A DNA stretch of 64,000 nucleotides from Eledone cirrhosa (GCA_964016885.1 OZ024747.1:36022001-36086000), one strand, 5' to 3'. Positions 43,159 through 58,057 are shown, counted from the stretch's first letter. Notes: a model not told the origin generated them from the letters alone. Translations and numbers: made by a program.

Positions 43159-44692
43159 AAACACATACAGTAATCTTTTTGATATTACTATGGGTTCAAG
43201 CGATTCCGCCCAAATTACTGATCTTGTGGGCCTTTTTCTCCTTTTCAACATAAATGCCTCTTTTCCCCACCTCAAAGGTGGTTTATATCGTGATGACTGT
43301 CTTCTTCTTTCTAACAACCTTAGCCTTTCAGAAATCGAAAGAAACAAAAAACATATTAGAACTTTCCTTAAAGACTATTATAATCTTAATATTACTTTTG
43401 AAAAAACAAGTAAAGTAGTAAATTTCCTAGATATAACTTTAGATTTAGCTACGGGTATATACCAACCTTACCATAAACCTAACCAAAACTTACATTACAT
43501 ACACTCACAATCTAATCACCCTAAATCTATCCTTAAAAACCTTGCATATAATATATCACTTAGAATTTCTAACCTTTCTTCTAACCAAGATGTATTTGAT
43601 AAAAATGCGACCTTTTATAATGAAGCTCTAGATAGAAGTGGCCACAAAAATAGATTAGAGTATATACCTTCTACTAAAAATACTGAAAGCATACAGCATA
43701 ATATTACCAACAAACACCAAATGAAAAGTACATACCTAAATGCCACCCACAATATACCCCAAAATACTAAATCTTCTAATATAAAGTATAGTAACCCTCA
43801 AAAAACTACTCATCATACAACTATAATAAATATTAATAATAAAACTCCTAATAAAAAAGATAAAACACCTAAATCTACAAATATAACTAAAAATAGTTGT
43901 GGTGAGATCATTAACATTAATCCTCCTAGTAAAAATCATGATACAACCTATAAAAATAATAAAAATAATAAACAACATAGAAACCGTAATAGACGAGTTA
44001 CTTGGTATAATGCTCCTTTTAATTTACAAGTTAAGGATAATATTGCTAAAAAATTTTTTTATATCCTTGAGAAAAACTTCCCGCCAAACCACAAATACCA
44101 TCAAATCTTAAATAGGTCTACAGTTAAATTCTCATACTCTACAACAAATAACATAAAACAAAATATAAGTGCATATAATGCATATAAATGTAAGAAAACC
44201 ATAAGTATACCACCAGTACATCAAATTAACAATAATATCTCCTCAAATACAGAATTAACGAAAGGATGTAACTGTAGAAACAAAACAAACTGCCCATTAA
44301 AAGGGAATTGTCTTGTTAACAACATAGTCTATAAATGTAATGTTAAAACTAAAGATTCTATTTGCTCATATATAGGAGCTACCTCTAACAATTTTAAGAC
44401 AAGGTTTAATACCCACAAACATAGTTTTAAAAATGCCGCACTGGCTAATACAACATCTCTAGCAGAAAAAATCAATAGTTATAAAAATAAGAATATAAAA
44501 TATGATTTGACCTGGAGTGTGCTCAAAAGAGCCACCCCTTATCAAAATAATAGAAAGGAATGTAGATTATGTTCCCAAGAACTATTTGAAATAATGAAGT
44601 CTAAGGATATCTTATTAAATAAACGACAGGAATTAATTATATCGTGTAATCATAAATTAAAAAAAACATTTAAATATTATAAACCTAATTAA
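43159..44692 (+). CDS. Mirror PLE RT C-terminal half plus GIY-YIG
   Basis: Track protein matches the last 500 aa of 41031-42962. Confidence 0.92.
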
Positions 44693-45220
44693 TAACATTA
44701 TTCTAGAAATTAATTTAATTTAAATGTTAGTTAACCTATAAATTTAATTTAATTAATATTTTATTACAGATGAGAAAATATTATGTAATCATAAATTGTG
44801 AAAAACCTTTAAATATTACTAATATATACTTAGTAATTTAATTTATAGATTAATTTTAATTTATTTAAACCTTTTATTATAATTCTTTTACAGATAAAAT
44901 ATAACAAAATAATATCATGTATCCAATGACGGAGAAAGAATTTTTAGTATTATAGACCTAATTAATATACATTTTGGAAATATATTTATTATTTGGTTTT
45001 AGTTTTAATCAACCTAAAACTTTTATTTTAATTTGCTTAAAATTAGTATCCTTATACAGACGAATTGCAGAATGTCATGTAATCATAGAATGGGATGTGT
45101 TTTGGATATATACCTAATATATTCTGTGCAATTTTTTGAAAAAGATATGTATATGTATATGTATATGTATATGTGTGTGTTGTGTATGTGTATCTGTATG
45201 TATGTATATGTGTGTATATA

Positions 45221-45261
<41 letters not shown>

Positions 45262-46408
45262 ATATGTATGTATATGTGTATGTATATGTATATGTATATG
45301 TATGCGTATTAATTTTGATTTCTATTTGCATATAATTATATTATGCTATTGATGAAATACAATATCTGCTTTATGTATTGTATACCTAATTAACATATAC
45401 TAATTAACGTATACTATTGAAATAAATATATAATTTTTAATTTAGTTAACATATAATTTATATGTTACTACCGATGTAATATTTTATTTTATTTTTATTT
45501 GGGTTTCTTTTCCCTATTACTAAATTCATCTCCTAATATTGATACCATAACGTTATTAACTTTAATTTAGTTATAATGTAATTAATAATCTACTACTGTT
45601 TGACTTCAAAATTCTGCTTCAAATATTATAAACCTAACTAATTTACACCTTAGAAATCAATATGTTGACTATCTTTGGTTTAGTTAACATATGATTAATG
45701 GTATACTTATTTATTTTGAGATGCATAGATTTCGTATTTCCTAGCACTGAAAATATGTAAGAACATACATTGAATTAAGATACGGAAAATATTATATGTT
45801 TCTTGAAACATATATTTACTTTGATCCCCTTCTCCAAACCCCCCCTTTCCCCCATACTATTATCATCTGTATTTGTAAGCGTCTATGTATGAATATATAT
45901 GTAGGTAGGTGTCTATATAGGTTTGGGTATTTATATCTAAATATAAAAATACATATATGAGCATGCAAATATGAATGTAAGATTGTGTGTGTATATATGA
46001 TTGTACATACATATGTATGTATATATATGTATATATATGTATTATATATGTATGTGTATGTGAATGTGTTGTATGTATATGTGTATGTATGTGTATATAT
46101 GTGTATGTATGTGTATGCTTGTATATATAGGAATATATATACGTGTATATATGTATGTATATGTATATGCGTGTATGTATGTATGTGTATGTGTGTTGTG
46201 TATATATATGTATGTCTCTCTATTTATATGTTTATCTTCGTATCTATGTGATATATGTGTGTGTGTGTGCACGTATGCATATGTATGTGTTTGTGTGTGT
46301 TTGTATGTGTGTGTGTATATATGTGTATGTGCGCACACTCACATACACATATATATATATATATATATATGTGAGTGTGTATGTGTGTCTGTGTGTGTGT
46401 GTGTGTGT

Positions 46409-46459
<51 letters not shown>

Positions 46460-46893
46460 GATATATATATATATATATATATAGGTGTCTATGTGTGAAT
46501 ATATGTCTTTATTCGTATGTGTGTATTTATGTATGTATATATTTATGTGTATGTATGTATGTGTATGTATGTATGTATATATATATATATATATATATGT
46601 ATATGTATATATATATATGTATATTATTCTTTATTATTATTGTAATATAACTTATGTGTATATGTGTATAAGTGAGGTTGTGTATGTATATATAATATGT
46701 GTATATATAAGAGTAATGAAATATATATATATATATATATGTGCATGTCTGTTTTTTATGTGTGTGTATATATATATATGTATGTATGTATATATATATA
46801 TGTATACGTGTGTGTGTATATGTATATATATATATATATACATGTGGGTGTTTGTATGTGTATTTATGGTGGTATGAGTGTGTGGATATATAT

Positions 46894-46928
<35 letters not shown>

Positions 46929-46941
46929 TCTATGTGTGTGC

Positions 46942-47007
<66 letters not shown>

Positions 47008-47331
47008 ATATATGTGTGTGTGTATGTATATATATATGTGTATGTGTGTGTGTATATATATATATATATCTCTATTAATGCGTGTGTGTATGTATATACA
47101 TATGCCTTTTCATTATTATTTTCATTTGTATGTCTGAGTTTGGTGAGGTTGTATTGTTTTTTATGTATATACACATATATGGAAGCGTATGTATTTATTT
47201 ATATGAGTATAAGTAGGTGCATATGTATGTATGATTATATATCTAATTCTATGTATGAAGGTACATCTATATATATATATATATACGTGTGTATGTAAGT
47301 TGTGTGTGTATGTATCTTTATGTCTATGTGA

Positions 47332-47381
<50 letters not shown>

Positions 47382-47472
47382 CGATGTGCGTATATGTATG
47401 TACATGTATGTACATGTATGTGTGTATGTATGTGTATGTATATTTAGATGTATGTGTATGTATGTGTATATG

Positions 47473-47539
<67 letters not shown>

Positions 47540-48360
47540 ATATATATATATATGGATATATATCTTTATTATCTATTTTTTATATATATGTGTATGTGTG
47601 TATGTGTTGCGCGTGTGTGTGTGTATATATATATCTTTTTATATGTGTATGTGTATGTTCGTGTAAGTGTATGTGTGTATATGACTGTATATGTATGTGT
47701 GTATGTGTGTATGCGTAAATATCTCTATGTGCGCGTACATGTATGTATGTGTATATATATCTGTATGTGTATGTACATTATATTCTATTTATTATATTTT
47801 ATTGTTTTTATTTTTTTATTTTTCTTAATTTATAGATACATTTATATTAGGCAGTCTGCTCAGACAATTGAATACTGACCCCTCCCCCCCCTCCCACCTA
47901 ATTTCTGTATCTTGATCTTGAAATGTGTGTGCCAGTGTTTTATGTGAGTGACTTAATTTCTATGTGCTTATGATTTTATATCCACATATATAAATGTGAG
48001 TGGGGGTGTGTGTGTGTGTTTGTATGTTCGTGGTTATGTGTATATTTATGCATATACGCGCATGTATGTGTGATTATACTGATATGTGTGAGTATGAAAA
48101 AATATATTTATATGCTTGACTCCATAAGTATCAATGCGCATCTTATCAGCGCATTAAGCTTACAGAGATATTAACCTTGAAATTTTGTGTTTGCATCCAT
48201 CTTTTTAGTATGCGCATACAAATTATACACACATTATTGTAAAATATGTGTAAGGATTTTACATGTATATACACACACCGAACTGCTTTTGACCCTTTGT
48301 GTTTTCATTGGTCAATTTTGAACTGATATTTTGAATTGTTGTTATTATCAATAAATATAC

Positions 48361-48515
48361 TTCATTATTTCTGAAGACGGCGTATATATGTGTTAGGTAT
48401 GTATATTTAATCTTGATAATTTGTATAATTTTGTATAATTTTGTACATAGATCTGTTGAATATGCATACCAATTATAACACATATATACCCTAGAAACGA
48501 TCGTTAAATAATGAA
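48361..48515 (+). ncRNA. Hammerhead with long stem II insertion (mirror 37337-37491; diverged copy ~48790-48922, minus strand)
   Basis: ttcattattt-CTGAAGA-c-ggcgtatatatgtgtta...taacacatatataccc-ta-GAAA-cgatcg-TT-aaataatgaa; 10 bp stem I; diverged copy has TA at the cleavage site. Confidence 0.82.
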
Positions 48516-48560
48516 CTTTTTTTGTTTAATATAAGGAATTGTTTATTCATTATTTGCTTA

Positions 48561-48603
<43 letters not shown>

Positions 48604-48606
<3 letters not shown>

Positions 48607-48922
48607 GATAAATCTACCAAAATATACGGTAGTGTCCAATCCGTATTAAGAACTCAATGTAATCCAAATATCATGAAAAGAGAAGATGTATTCAAAATTC
48701 TTTCGATGAAAAACACAGGAAAACAGAGTCAAGATAAATTAATAAAAACAATCAATAAAAACAAAGAAACAGTTCCTTATATTAAAAAGTTCATCATTTT
48801 ACGATCGTTTCTAGGATATGTGTGCGTTGGTATGTATATCATATAGATCTATGTAAAAGTTTTACAAACTATCAGAGGGAATATACATACCTACACATAT
48901 ATATGCTGTCTTCAGAAATAAT
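48604..48922 (-). mobile_element. Diverged solo 3' end of the 37149-48568 PLE family
   Basis: Matches ~37149-37490 including the tail, and starts at the same gtagataaatctaccaa terminus after (TA)n. Confidence 0.8.
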
Positions 48923-49130
48923 TATGACGTATTATATTCGTTTTTTCCCGTTCTTTGCCAGGGAACGTTTCCACGAACCAAAGTATCGTCTTCCTGTCTT
49001 CCTCCGGTTGCAACGTTTTTTAAAATATCCACTTCTGCGTTTACAGATTGACTTTGTTAGTTTCAGAAGATCGCATTAAGGTTGAAAGCAGCGATTCTTT
49101 GCTTAAACTTTAATCTGTTATTTTAATAAA
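48923..49130 (+). mobile_element. 3' end of the CAGAAGA-HHR family (also 57437-57740 and 59359-59520)
   Basis: Shared ...gtttcagaagatc...gaaagcagcgattctttgcttaaactttaatctgttattttaa(TA)n. Confidence 0.75.
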
Positions 49131-49169
49131 TATATATATATATATATAATATAAATATATATATATATG

Positions 49170-49219
<50 letters not shown>

Positions 49220-49243
49220 CATATATATATACATATATATATA

Positions 49244-49300
<57 letters not shown>

Positions 49301-49340
49301 ATATAGATATATATATATATATTTATATATATATATACAT

Positions 49341-49796
49341 ATATTAATTCAAATATTAACAAAATAGATATTCTTGTGATCAATTAAATTTTATTATACA
49401 TATTTCAGAGGTACTGAATTAAATTCAACAGTACGTCCTCATCAGATAAAATAAAATGATACATGACATACCCTGACATGTCAGATGGTTAAGATTTAAT
49501 CAAGATAGTGGTTAACTTATGGGAAAACTCAATAGTTATACCCTAATATTGAGAACATGAGAAAACGGTTGACCGGGTATGTCATGTATCATTTTATTTC
49601 ATCTGATGAGGACGTACTGTTGAACTTAATTCAGTACCTCTGAAATATGTATAATAAAATGTTATTGATCACAAGAATATCTATTTTGTTAATATTTGAA
49701 TTAATATTAAAAACTCTGGAAAATAATTACCGTAGAGTGCTTCCAATCTACTGTAAAACTCATTTTTTGATGTACTCATTGAATTTTGATTATCTC

Positions 49797-49800
<4 letters not shown>
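49341..49800. mobile_element. Palindromic insertion with canonical HHR (49388-49452 minus; 49592-49660 plus)
   Basis: attttat-CTGATGA-ggacgtactg...cagtacctc-t-GAAA-tatgta-TA-ataaaat; arms ~49341-49473 and ~49575-49710; tail 49711-49800. Confidence 0.85.
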
Positions 49801-49850
<50 letters not shown>

Positions 49851-50835
49851 GCACATACATACATATTCTTAAGCTTACCACGATTATTTAGCTAGTGTTT
49901 TTACGTTGAAATTTCTTGCATATTGCCACAAACTACACAATAACACATCACATGGCATTGTCACCAATCTTGTCTTTTTTCTTGCCAAACCTTCTTTCTA
50001 AACATGCATGACAAACAATGTAAGCAGTTTTTCTATTATTTACAATTTCAAAAACTATTTCAGTGTATCGATTATTGATGTTTCCTCGTACCAATTAATA
50101 TTAAATAAATAAATTTTACTTCATTGATTTATATAGTTTGTTGATTATTCAATAAAGTTAATTTTACAACAGATTAGGGGCACTCTACATGATTTATCTG
50201 GACTATCAATAATATTAATAATATTAATAAATGGAAAATATCTTTACAAAACCGTATTTATTTTATTGTACGTATTTCAAGGGTACTAACAGTTTAGTAG
50301 TCTTTCGTCAGATAAAATATAATATTTGGTGTTAAGATAGTGACATATTTTCATGTGATTTTAATGGTATAAGCCCAATGAAGGCAGTGATTCAAACATT
50401 CAAATCCCACGGGATATAAGATTAATGTGTATCCGTTAAAAGAGAAAAGAGCCGTTAAAATTAGGTGCTTGATGAATTTTGATAAAAAAAAACTTTTTAT
50501 GTGGTTGTAATTATAGGGTGAAACTTAATGTAGAGTAAGTAAAGAAATAATTATAGATATATACTCACAAAGATATATACATGAGTTTGGAAGGAATCAC
50601 ATAATTATAGGTATTTATTTTCCAATATATATTTTAAGAATATGAATGTATTTATAATGTTTACATAAGAAATGTAATATATTGTAGTATATGACTAGCA
50701 GAATGGTCCGGCGTTGCTCGGGAGTTGGTCGAGGGTTCTTAAATATTTTATATATATTTATCCTTATCGAGCCTCGTGAAATATATTCTGTTATTGCGTT
50801 GCGTATGCAAAAATATATGTACACGTATATATACT

Positions 50836-50890
<55 letters not shown>

Positions 50891-50972
50891 TATATATACA
50901 TATATATACACACATACTGATAGCGACGTCATATTGTCGTAATCCAGAGAGTCAGACATACAGACATATATT

Positions 50973-52140
50973 ACTAGACATGAAAAATGCGCAAGCTCAA
51001 AAGTGCCACAGAATGTTATAATAAACCTTCAAAAGTGTGGGACTAGAGTTGTTGCTAAAAAATATTGTAATCATTATATATCGTACATTCTGTGGCATCC
51101 TTTATAAAAATAGCTTAAACCAACGAAGCCTTTATTTTTACGCTATTTCACTTAGTTAATTCTTAGAGTGTAACATATAAAAATATGATTTACAACTATA
51201 AAATAAATTAATTAATATAATAACAGAGCTGCGGAGCTGAAATTTAGGAAATAATGGAGTATCGGATCCTGAGTTGGAGCCAGTCAATTTTTGACCGACT
51301 CCGCAGCCCTGTATAATACATTTCATATTAAAGTTATTAATAAACCTATTTTACACTTCATGCAAATTACCACGAGATATTGATATTAGATATAAGATAC
51401 AGCGCAATATCTACAGCTGTAAAAGTACGAAAGCGAAGTAATAATAAGTGGCTTAAGGTAATTCCAATATGAAAGTTTGTAGTGATAAAAATTTGATAAT
51501 GCAATACGATTGTTAATATTATAGTTCTATGAAAATGTAACAATAGATAACTAAATTATTTTACTATTAGTATATTTAAGAAATTATCATTATAGATTTG
51601 ATCGTTCATATAAGCATCATATTAAGTTTCAACACAATTATTTTGTTACTATGAGTATATGATAATAATATTACGTAATTATTTATAGCTGTTATTACAT
51701 TAAACATAGATGTATTTATTTTTATATGTTACACTCTAAGAATTAACTAAGTGAAATAGCGTAAAAATAAAGGCTTCGTTGGTTTAAGCTATTTTTATAA
51801 AGGATGCCACAGAATGTACGATATATAATGATTACAATATTTTTTAGCAACAACTCTAGTCCCACACTTTTGAAGGTTTATTATAACATTCTGTGGCACT
51901 TTTGAGCTTGCGCATTTTTCATGTCTAGTTTAATATTTTTTTAAGGCAACGCTTGTAATAACTCTAGTTAAACAGGATATATATTAATAATAAATTATCG
52001 TTGTAATGTAATTAGATTATGTAATTGTTATTATAAATTATCTTATAAATATTAGTGTAAGATGTATAAAAATATTTTCAGACTTTTAATATAAACAACT
52101 ACAAAAAACAATCAATATTAAATCAATATATTATACATAA
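50973..52140. repeat. Inverted-repeat element family, copy 1
   Basis: ~50973-51185 mirrors ~51722-51930; internal stem tgccacagaatgt/acattctgtggca; right-arm extension matches ~55980-56190. Confidence 0.75.
51224..51311. mobile_element. hAT-like MITE
   Basis: TIRs CAGAGCTGCGGAG / CTCCGCAGCCCTG; 8 bp TSD tataataa / tataatac. Confidence 0.65.
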
Positions 52141-52489
52141 TAGAAAACATAAAATATACAATACAAAAACAAAATATTTACATACATTTGCAATTATCAG
52201 TGTATATACATTTTCTTTATATTCCCTGAGCAAATTAATAAGATTTGTTTTTATTGTACATAATTTGATGACTTGTTGGAGTGTATTAAAAGATAGCAAC
52301 AATTTGTGATTAAATTGTTATCTTAAGCAACTCACTTTTTAATAGTTGTTGGCTGAGCGAAATTGTAAAAGCCTATGAGCAAATATAAAAAAAAATACAC
52401 AAACAACATTTCCTTGTGTTATTACAACATTAGATAAAATAATTGAGCAATGTCGTTATATTTTGCTCTTATTGCACATTAATAGTGTT

Positions 52490-52650
52490 TCTATTTTTCG
52501 GCACAAATCCATTACGGCAGTCCATTACTGGTACTTTATTTTATCGAATTAGTAAGTATGAAAGTCGAAGTTAACCTCGGCAGGATTTGAACTTAGAATG
52601 CAAAGGACCATAACAATACTGCAAAGCATGGTGTCTGACGCTCTACCAAT
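52490..52650 (-). mobile_element. Octopus-type SINE, diverged
   Basis: Reverse complement of the 29380 SINE core. Confidence 0.65.
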
Positions 52651-53043
52651 ACTTGTGTTGAGCTGGTCATTAATTTATGGTGGTCGTGCGTGAAGTAGAG
52701 CAATCGCTAGTTGAAATATTATGAACAAAACATTTTTATTTGCCGAAGAACATATTTTCAATACTGTTTGTGAATGTGACGAAGGAAATACATTCTGATA
52801 TGGAACAGTGTACAAAGTGTGTCTGTGAATAACATAATGTTACCTCATGTTGTTGTCAAGACATAATGGATTTCGTTTATCCAGTTAGAAGATGAAACCT
52901 AGCCATCTCGGATTAGTTATATTTCATGCCATGTGTAAACGTGTTTGAGGATAGCAAAATATGCGCGTTAATTATAATAATTAGTTAATAATATTACAAA
53001 ATATACCTAATTAAACTCTTTGCTTGAAATTTTATCATTCTTC

Positions 53044-53111
<68 letters not shown>

Positions 53112-53337
53112 TTATCTAGTCCTTCGCTCAAGATTAATCTATAAGTTTAGATGTTTGCCTTCGTTTAAGTAAATATTACAGTAAGATTTTTAATATAAAC
53201 AATTGCAAAAAACAATTAATATTAAAACGAAAAAATTATCAATGATAAAAGAAGCGGATGCAACTTTTTTTTTTATAAAGTTATATTCCTGTTTCTTTAA
53301 AGAACATTTCATTTTTGTTCTATTGTAGGCGAAATAA

Positions 53338-53525
53338 TTGTTTCTACTTTAGGCACAAGGCCAGCAAATTACCCAGTACATTACTGGTACTTTATTTTAT
53401 CGACCCCGTAAGGATGAAAGGCAAAGTTAACCTCGGCGGGATTTGAACTCAGACTGTAAAGGGACGTAACTATGCTAGAAAGCATGGCGTCCAACCCTCT
53501 ACCGATACTGCCAATTCACCGCCCT
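53338..53525 (-). mobile_element. Octopus-type SINE
   Basis: Near full-length reverse complement of 29380-29565; partial copy at ~53676-53722. Confidence 0.8.
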
Positions 53526-55533
53526 GTAGGCGAAATAATGCAATGGTTTAATAGGGAAGATATAACTTACGAATTATGTCTCTAACCGTGTAACGCTTTT
53601 TAAGTAGATAACTACAATTGAAAATACTAAAGAAATGGAACCAACAATTCAATTTGAAAGTCGTCTAGTGACAGTGTATTACTGGTACTTTATTTTATCG
53701 ACCCCGTAACGATGAAAGGCAAAAATGCAAATGCTTAAAATTTAAATTGCCTTAATTCTATCGTCTGCTGTTTCATTAAAGGGAGATTATCGTCTGTATT
53801 TAATTCTATCGTCTACTGTTCCACTAAACAGATATACCTCCACTATCGTCTCTATTTATACATTTTAACTTATAACTTATACACATTTGATTTGAAATAT
53901 TTTATCTAGTCCCCCCTCTCAATATTATGATGATTTCTTTCGAATGAAACAGTTCTAGTCCTGTAGAAGCCATTTATATATATAATTGAACTGAGTTAAA
54001 AATTCACAATATTTATAATTAAATAAGCTCATATATATATGTGTGTATTTATCTGTTTATTGTATTATATATAATGTGTGTATATACAGGATGTCCCCCA
54101 AAAATATATACACACTTCAACAGCATTCTAATAACTATTGCCTGTACAGGTAATCAAAGTGTCAATCGAATGTTAGTTTCGTGTTTTAACAGTACAAATT
54201 TACAATACACACATAAAACCAGTGTATATACATACATGAGTGTGTATACACATACATGAATGTGTATATACAATATATATGTATATATATATATAGACAC
54301 ATGTATTCACGGTGCAACGGTACATTAAAATATAGATGCGGGAGAGGGGGTGTATATATAGGGGCGCTGGGGATAAAGGAGTGTAAAGCGTGTGTGATTG
54401 ATATATTGAAGGAGAGGAGCGTGCAGCGATAGAGTAACAAATATATAGAGAGGGGGAGAGATGGTATTGAAGGGGAGGAGTGCAAAGCGAAAGAGTAAGA
54501 GATATAAATAGAGACGGAACAGATAGAGAGAAACAGGCGTAAGTAACAGTGGAAGAGATATAGAGAGAGGTACTCTGATTGGTTGAAAATTAGCCAATGA
54601 CATACGATCACCACCACGGCTATCCCCGAAAAATTTTTAAAGAAGCTAGGCATATATGTTAGAACACGAAAAGTGAACATTCTGTGTTTCACACTTTTAG
54701 TGTTCTAACAGATAAGGGCACGACGTTATAGCTATGTATCTATCTATAAAGAAAAACTAAGAATTATAGAGAGAGATCGCTAAATCGCCTAATGCGGTCC
54801 CTAGGGCATTGAAAATTCGAAATTTCTTTTGCTCAAAACATTCACCGGTCTATAAGTATTACATGTGTAAAGCTTGAAAATGGTCGGTTGGGTGGTTCTC
54901 GAGTTTTAGGGAGTCAGACAGAGAGACATTCTCTGTTTTAGATATATAGGTAATCTATTATTCTATATGGTTAGTTAAAGTAATAACAATTCAATCCATA
55001 TGTGGTTATGTGATTTAATATACATCGTATTTACACATCGTATTTACACATTTACATAGATTTATATATGATCGTATTTATTTTTTAGCATATACTTTAA
55101 TACTACGAATGTAATTATAATGTTTACATGAGAAATATATGTTGTAGTATATTATAAATCATTACTGTATATCGTTATTTAAAATAATAAATAATTATTC
55201 AATACATAAGTGATTATGCGTGAATATACATCGCATTTATGTATATATATATATAGATATATAAATGAACGTAAGAGAGATCATATACCTATAGATATGT
55301 ATTTTTACATATATTTTAAGAATGTGGAAATAATTATATTTCTTAATTAAAAATGTACAGTATTTTGGTATAATCTATTATTGTATATGGTTATTAATAT
55401 AATATTTAAATATTTATGTAAGTTGAAATATATCGTATATATGAATTTTGACTGTGTAAACAATAAATGGGGGAGTAACACTAAATTAAGTATTTTAAGT
55501 AATGTGTTAAAGGTGTGCTTATGATAATCATTT

Positions 55534-56190
55534 AACTAGACTTGAAAAATGCACAAGCTCAAAAGAGCCACATAATGTTATAATAAACCTTCAAAAGGGT
55601 GGGACTAGAGTTGTTGCTCAAAAATATTGTTATCATTATCTATCGTACACTCTGTGGCATCCTTTTATAGAAAAGAGACTCATAACGAACTCAAGACAAC
55701 ACGATAATTATTTAAGCTAATGTTCAATATCTCATATTAGATGTTTAGTAATGATTAATACGAAATGCACTTAAACCGAAATCTATATTATAAATTCACT
55801 TAAATAATTATCGTGTCGTCTTGAGTTCGTTATGAGTCTCTTTTTTATAAAAGGATGCCACAGTGTGTACGATAGATAATGATTACAATACTTTTGAGGA
55901 ACAACACTAGTCCCACACTTTTGAAGGTTTATTATAACATTATGTGTTTCTTTTGAGTTTGCGCATTTTTCAGGTCTACTTTAATATTTTCTTAAGGTAA
56001 CGCTTGTAATAACTCTAGTTAAACATGATATATATTAATACTAAATTATCGTTGTAATGTAATTAGATTATATAATTGTTATTTTATAAATGATCTTATA
56101 AATATTATTGTAAGATGTATACAAATATTCTCAGACTTTTAATATAAACAACTACAAAACACAATCAATATTAAATAAATATATTTTACA
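55534..56190. repeat. Inverted-repeat element family, copy 2
   Basis: ~55534-55712 mirrors ~55803-55980; homologous to 50973-52140. Confidence 0.75.
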
Positions 56191-57007
56191 TAATAATTGT
56201 TATAATTGAATTAATAAAAATTAAATATTACATACAAATAGTCTAACATAATAATAAAAATAAAAATCTAACATAATAATAATAAAATAATCTAACATAA
56301 AACGAACAATAATATTGACAAATATACAAGTACATATGATACAACCAATATTCTAAGCATGTTATAACGAACTGAAAAAAAAATAGTTAATATAAATTTA
56401 AAAGATCATATATAAAATAACAATATAACTTAACAAAACGAGAAAAAATATTTTAATGTTAAACGACGAAATACAGGAGGAAAATTCGAAAGCGAAACAA
56501 TAAATAAACGTGCAAACAAAATGGCGGATGCTTTTGGGCAACAATTATTCTCATTGGTTGATTAGCCAATACGATGATAAAATTAGCCATTAAGACGATA
56601 CATTACAAAACATGTTTGTCAGCGATCGCACGGCCAGCGACAACCCTTGAATGTTTTATTCACAAGCTACGCATATATGTTAGACACGCAGACTTAAAAC
56701 ATTCTGTTGTTAGTCACTGCGTGTCTACCAAATAATATATTATTTAATATAATGTTTTCCATAATTATTAATTTCTATTTACATTATAATTAAATAATTT
56801 ATATAAGATATCCATATACTAAATATGATTTTCATAATAGTTGTTTACATTGTATTAGGTTTAAAAGTATTTGTATTTATATTGTATATAGACAACTTAT
56901 ATAGACCATAATATAGTAGATTCTATAAAAGTATAAACATTGTGAAATGCCTTGGAGAAACGAGGCAAACAAGAATTAAATATTTCCTTTTTTAATTTTT
57001 TTTGTTA

Positions 57008-57189
57008 ATAATTGTTTCTACTTTTGGCACAAGGCCAGCAATTAACCAGTACATTACTGGTACTTTATTTTATCGACCCCGTAACGATGAAAGGCAAAGT
57101 TAACCACGGCGGGATTTGAACTCAGACCGTAGAGGGACATAACTATGGTGGAAAGAATGGCGTACGACTCTCTACCGATACTGCCAACC

Positions 57190-57190
<1 letters not shown>
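57008..57190 (-). mobile_element. Octopus-type SINE
   Basis: Same core as 29380. Confidence 0.78.
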
Positions 57191-57441
<251 letters not shown>

Positions 57442-57668
57442 TAACAGATTAAAGTTTAAGCAAAGAATCGCTGCTTTTATACCATATACGGGGTTTTGTC
57501 TTTGCGTGTAATTGTTTTTCACCGCTCCAAATAATGACGTATTATATTCGTTTTTTCCAGTTCTTTGCCAAGGAACGTTTCCACGACCCAACGTATCGTC
57601 TTCCAGTCTTCCTCCGGTTGCAACGTATTTTGAAATATTTACTTCTGCGTTCACAGATTGACTTTGTT

Positions 57669-57719
57669 AGTTTCAGAAGATCCCGTTAAGGGTGAAAGCA
57701 GCGATTCTTTGCTTAAACT
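57669..57719 (+). ncRNA. Hammerhead-like motif with CAGAAGA core, inside palindromic insertion 57437-57740
   Basis: agttt-CAGAAGA-t-ccc-gttaa-ggg-t-GAAA-gca-gcgattctt-tgc-TT-aaact; same core in three copies. Confidence 0.6.
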
Positions 57720-57826
57720 TTAATCTGTTATTTTAATAAATATTTGCTCTACGGTTCTTATATATTTGATATATATTTATCCTTATGGAGCCCTCTTTGC
57801 ATTTTAGTCTTCACATTTATTATTAT

Positions 57827-57874
<48 letters not shown>

Positions 57875-57891
57875 TTATAACTAGATGTATA

Positions 57892-57995
57892 CTAGCTGAG
57901 GTACCCAGCTTCGCCAAGGTTAACAAATGATAAGAGAAAACCGGCAGAAGAGAAAACGTCTGTATTTAATGCATTGTCTTGTTTACAGTGTGTGT

Positions 57996-58057
<62 letters not shown>

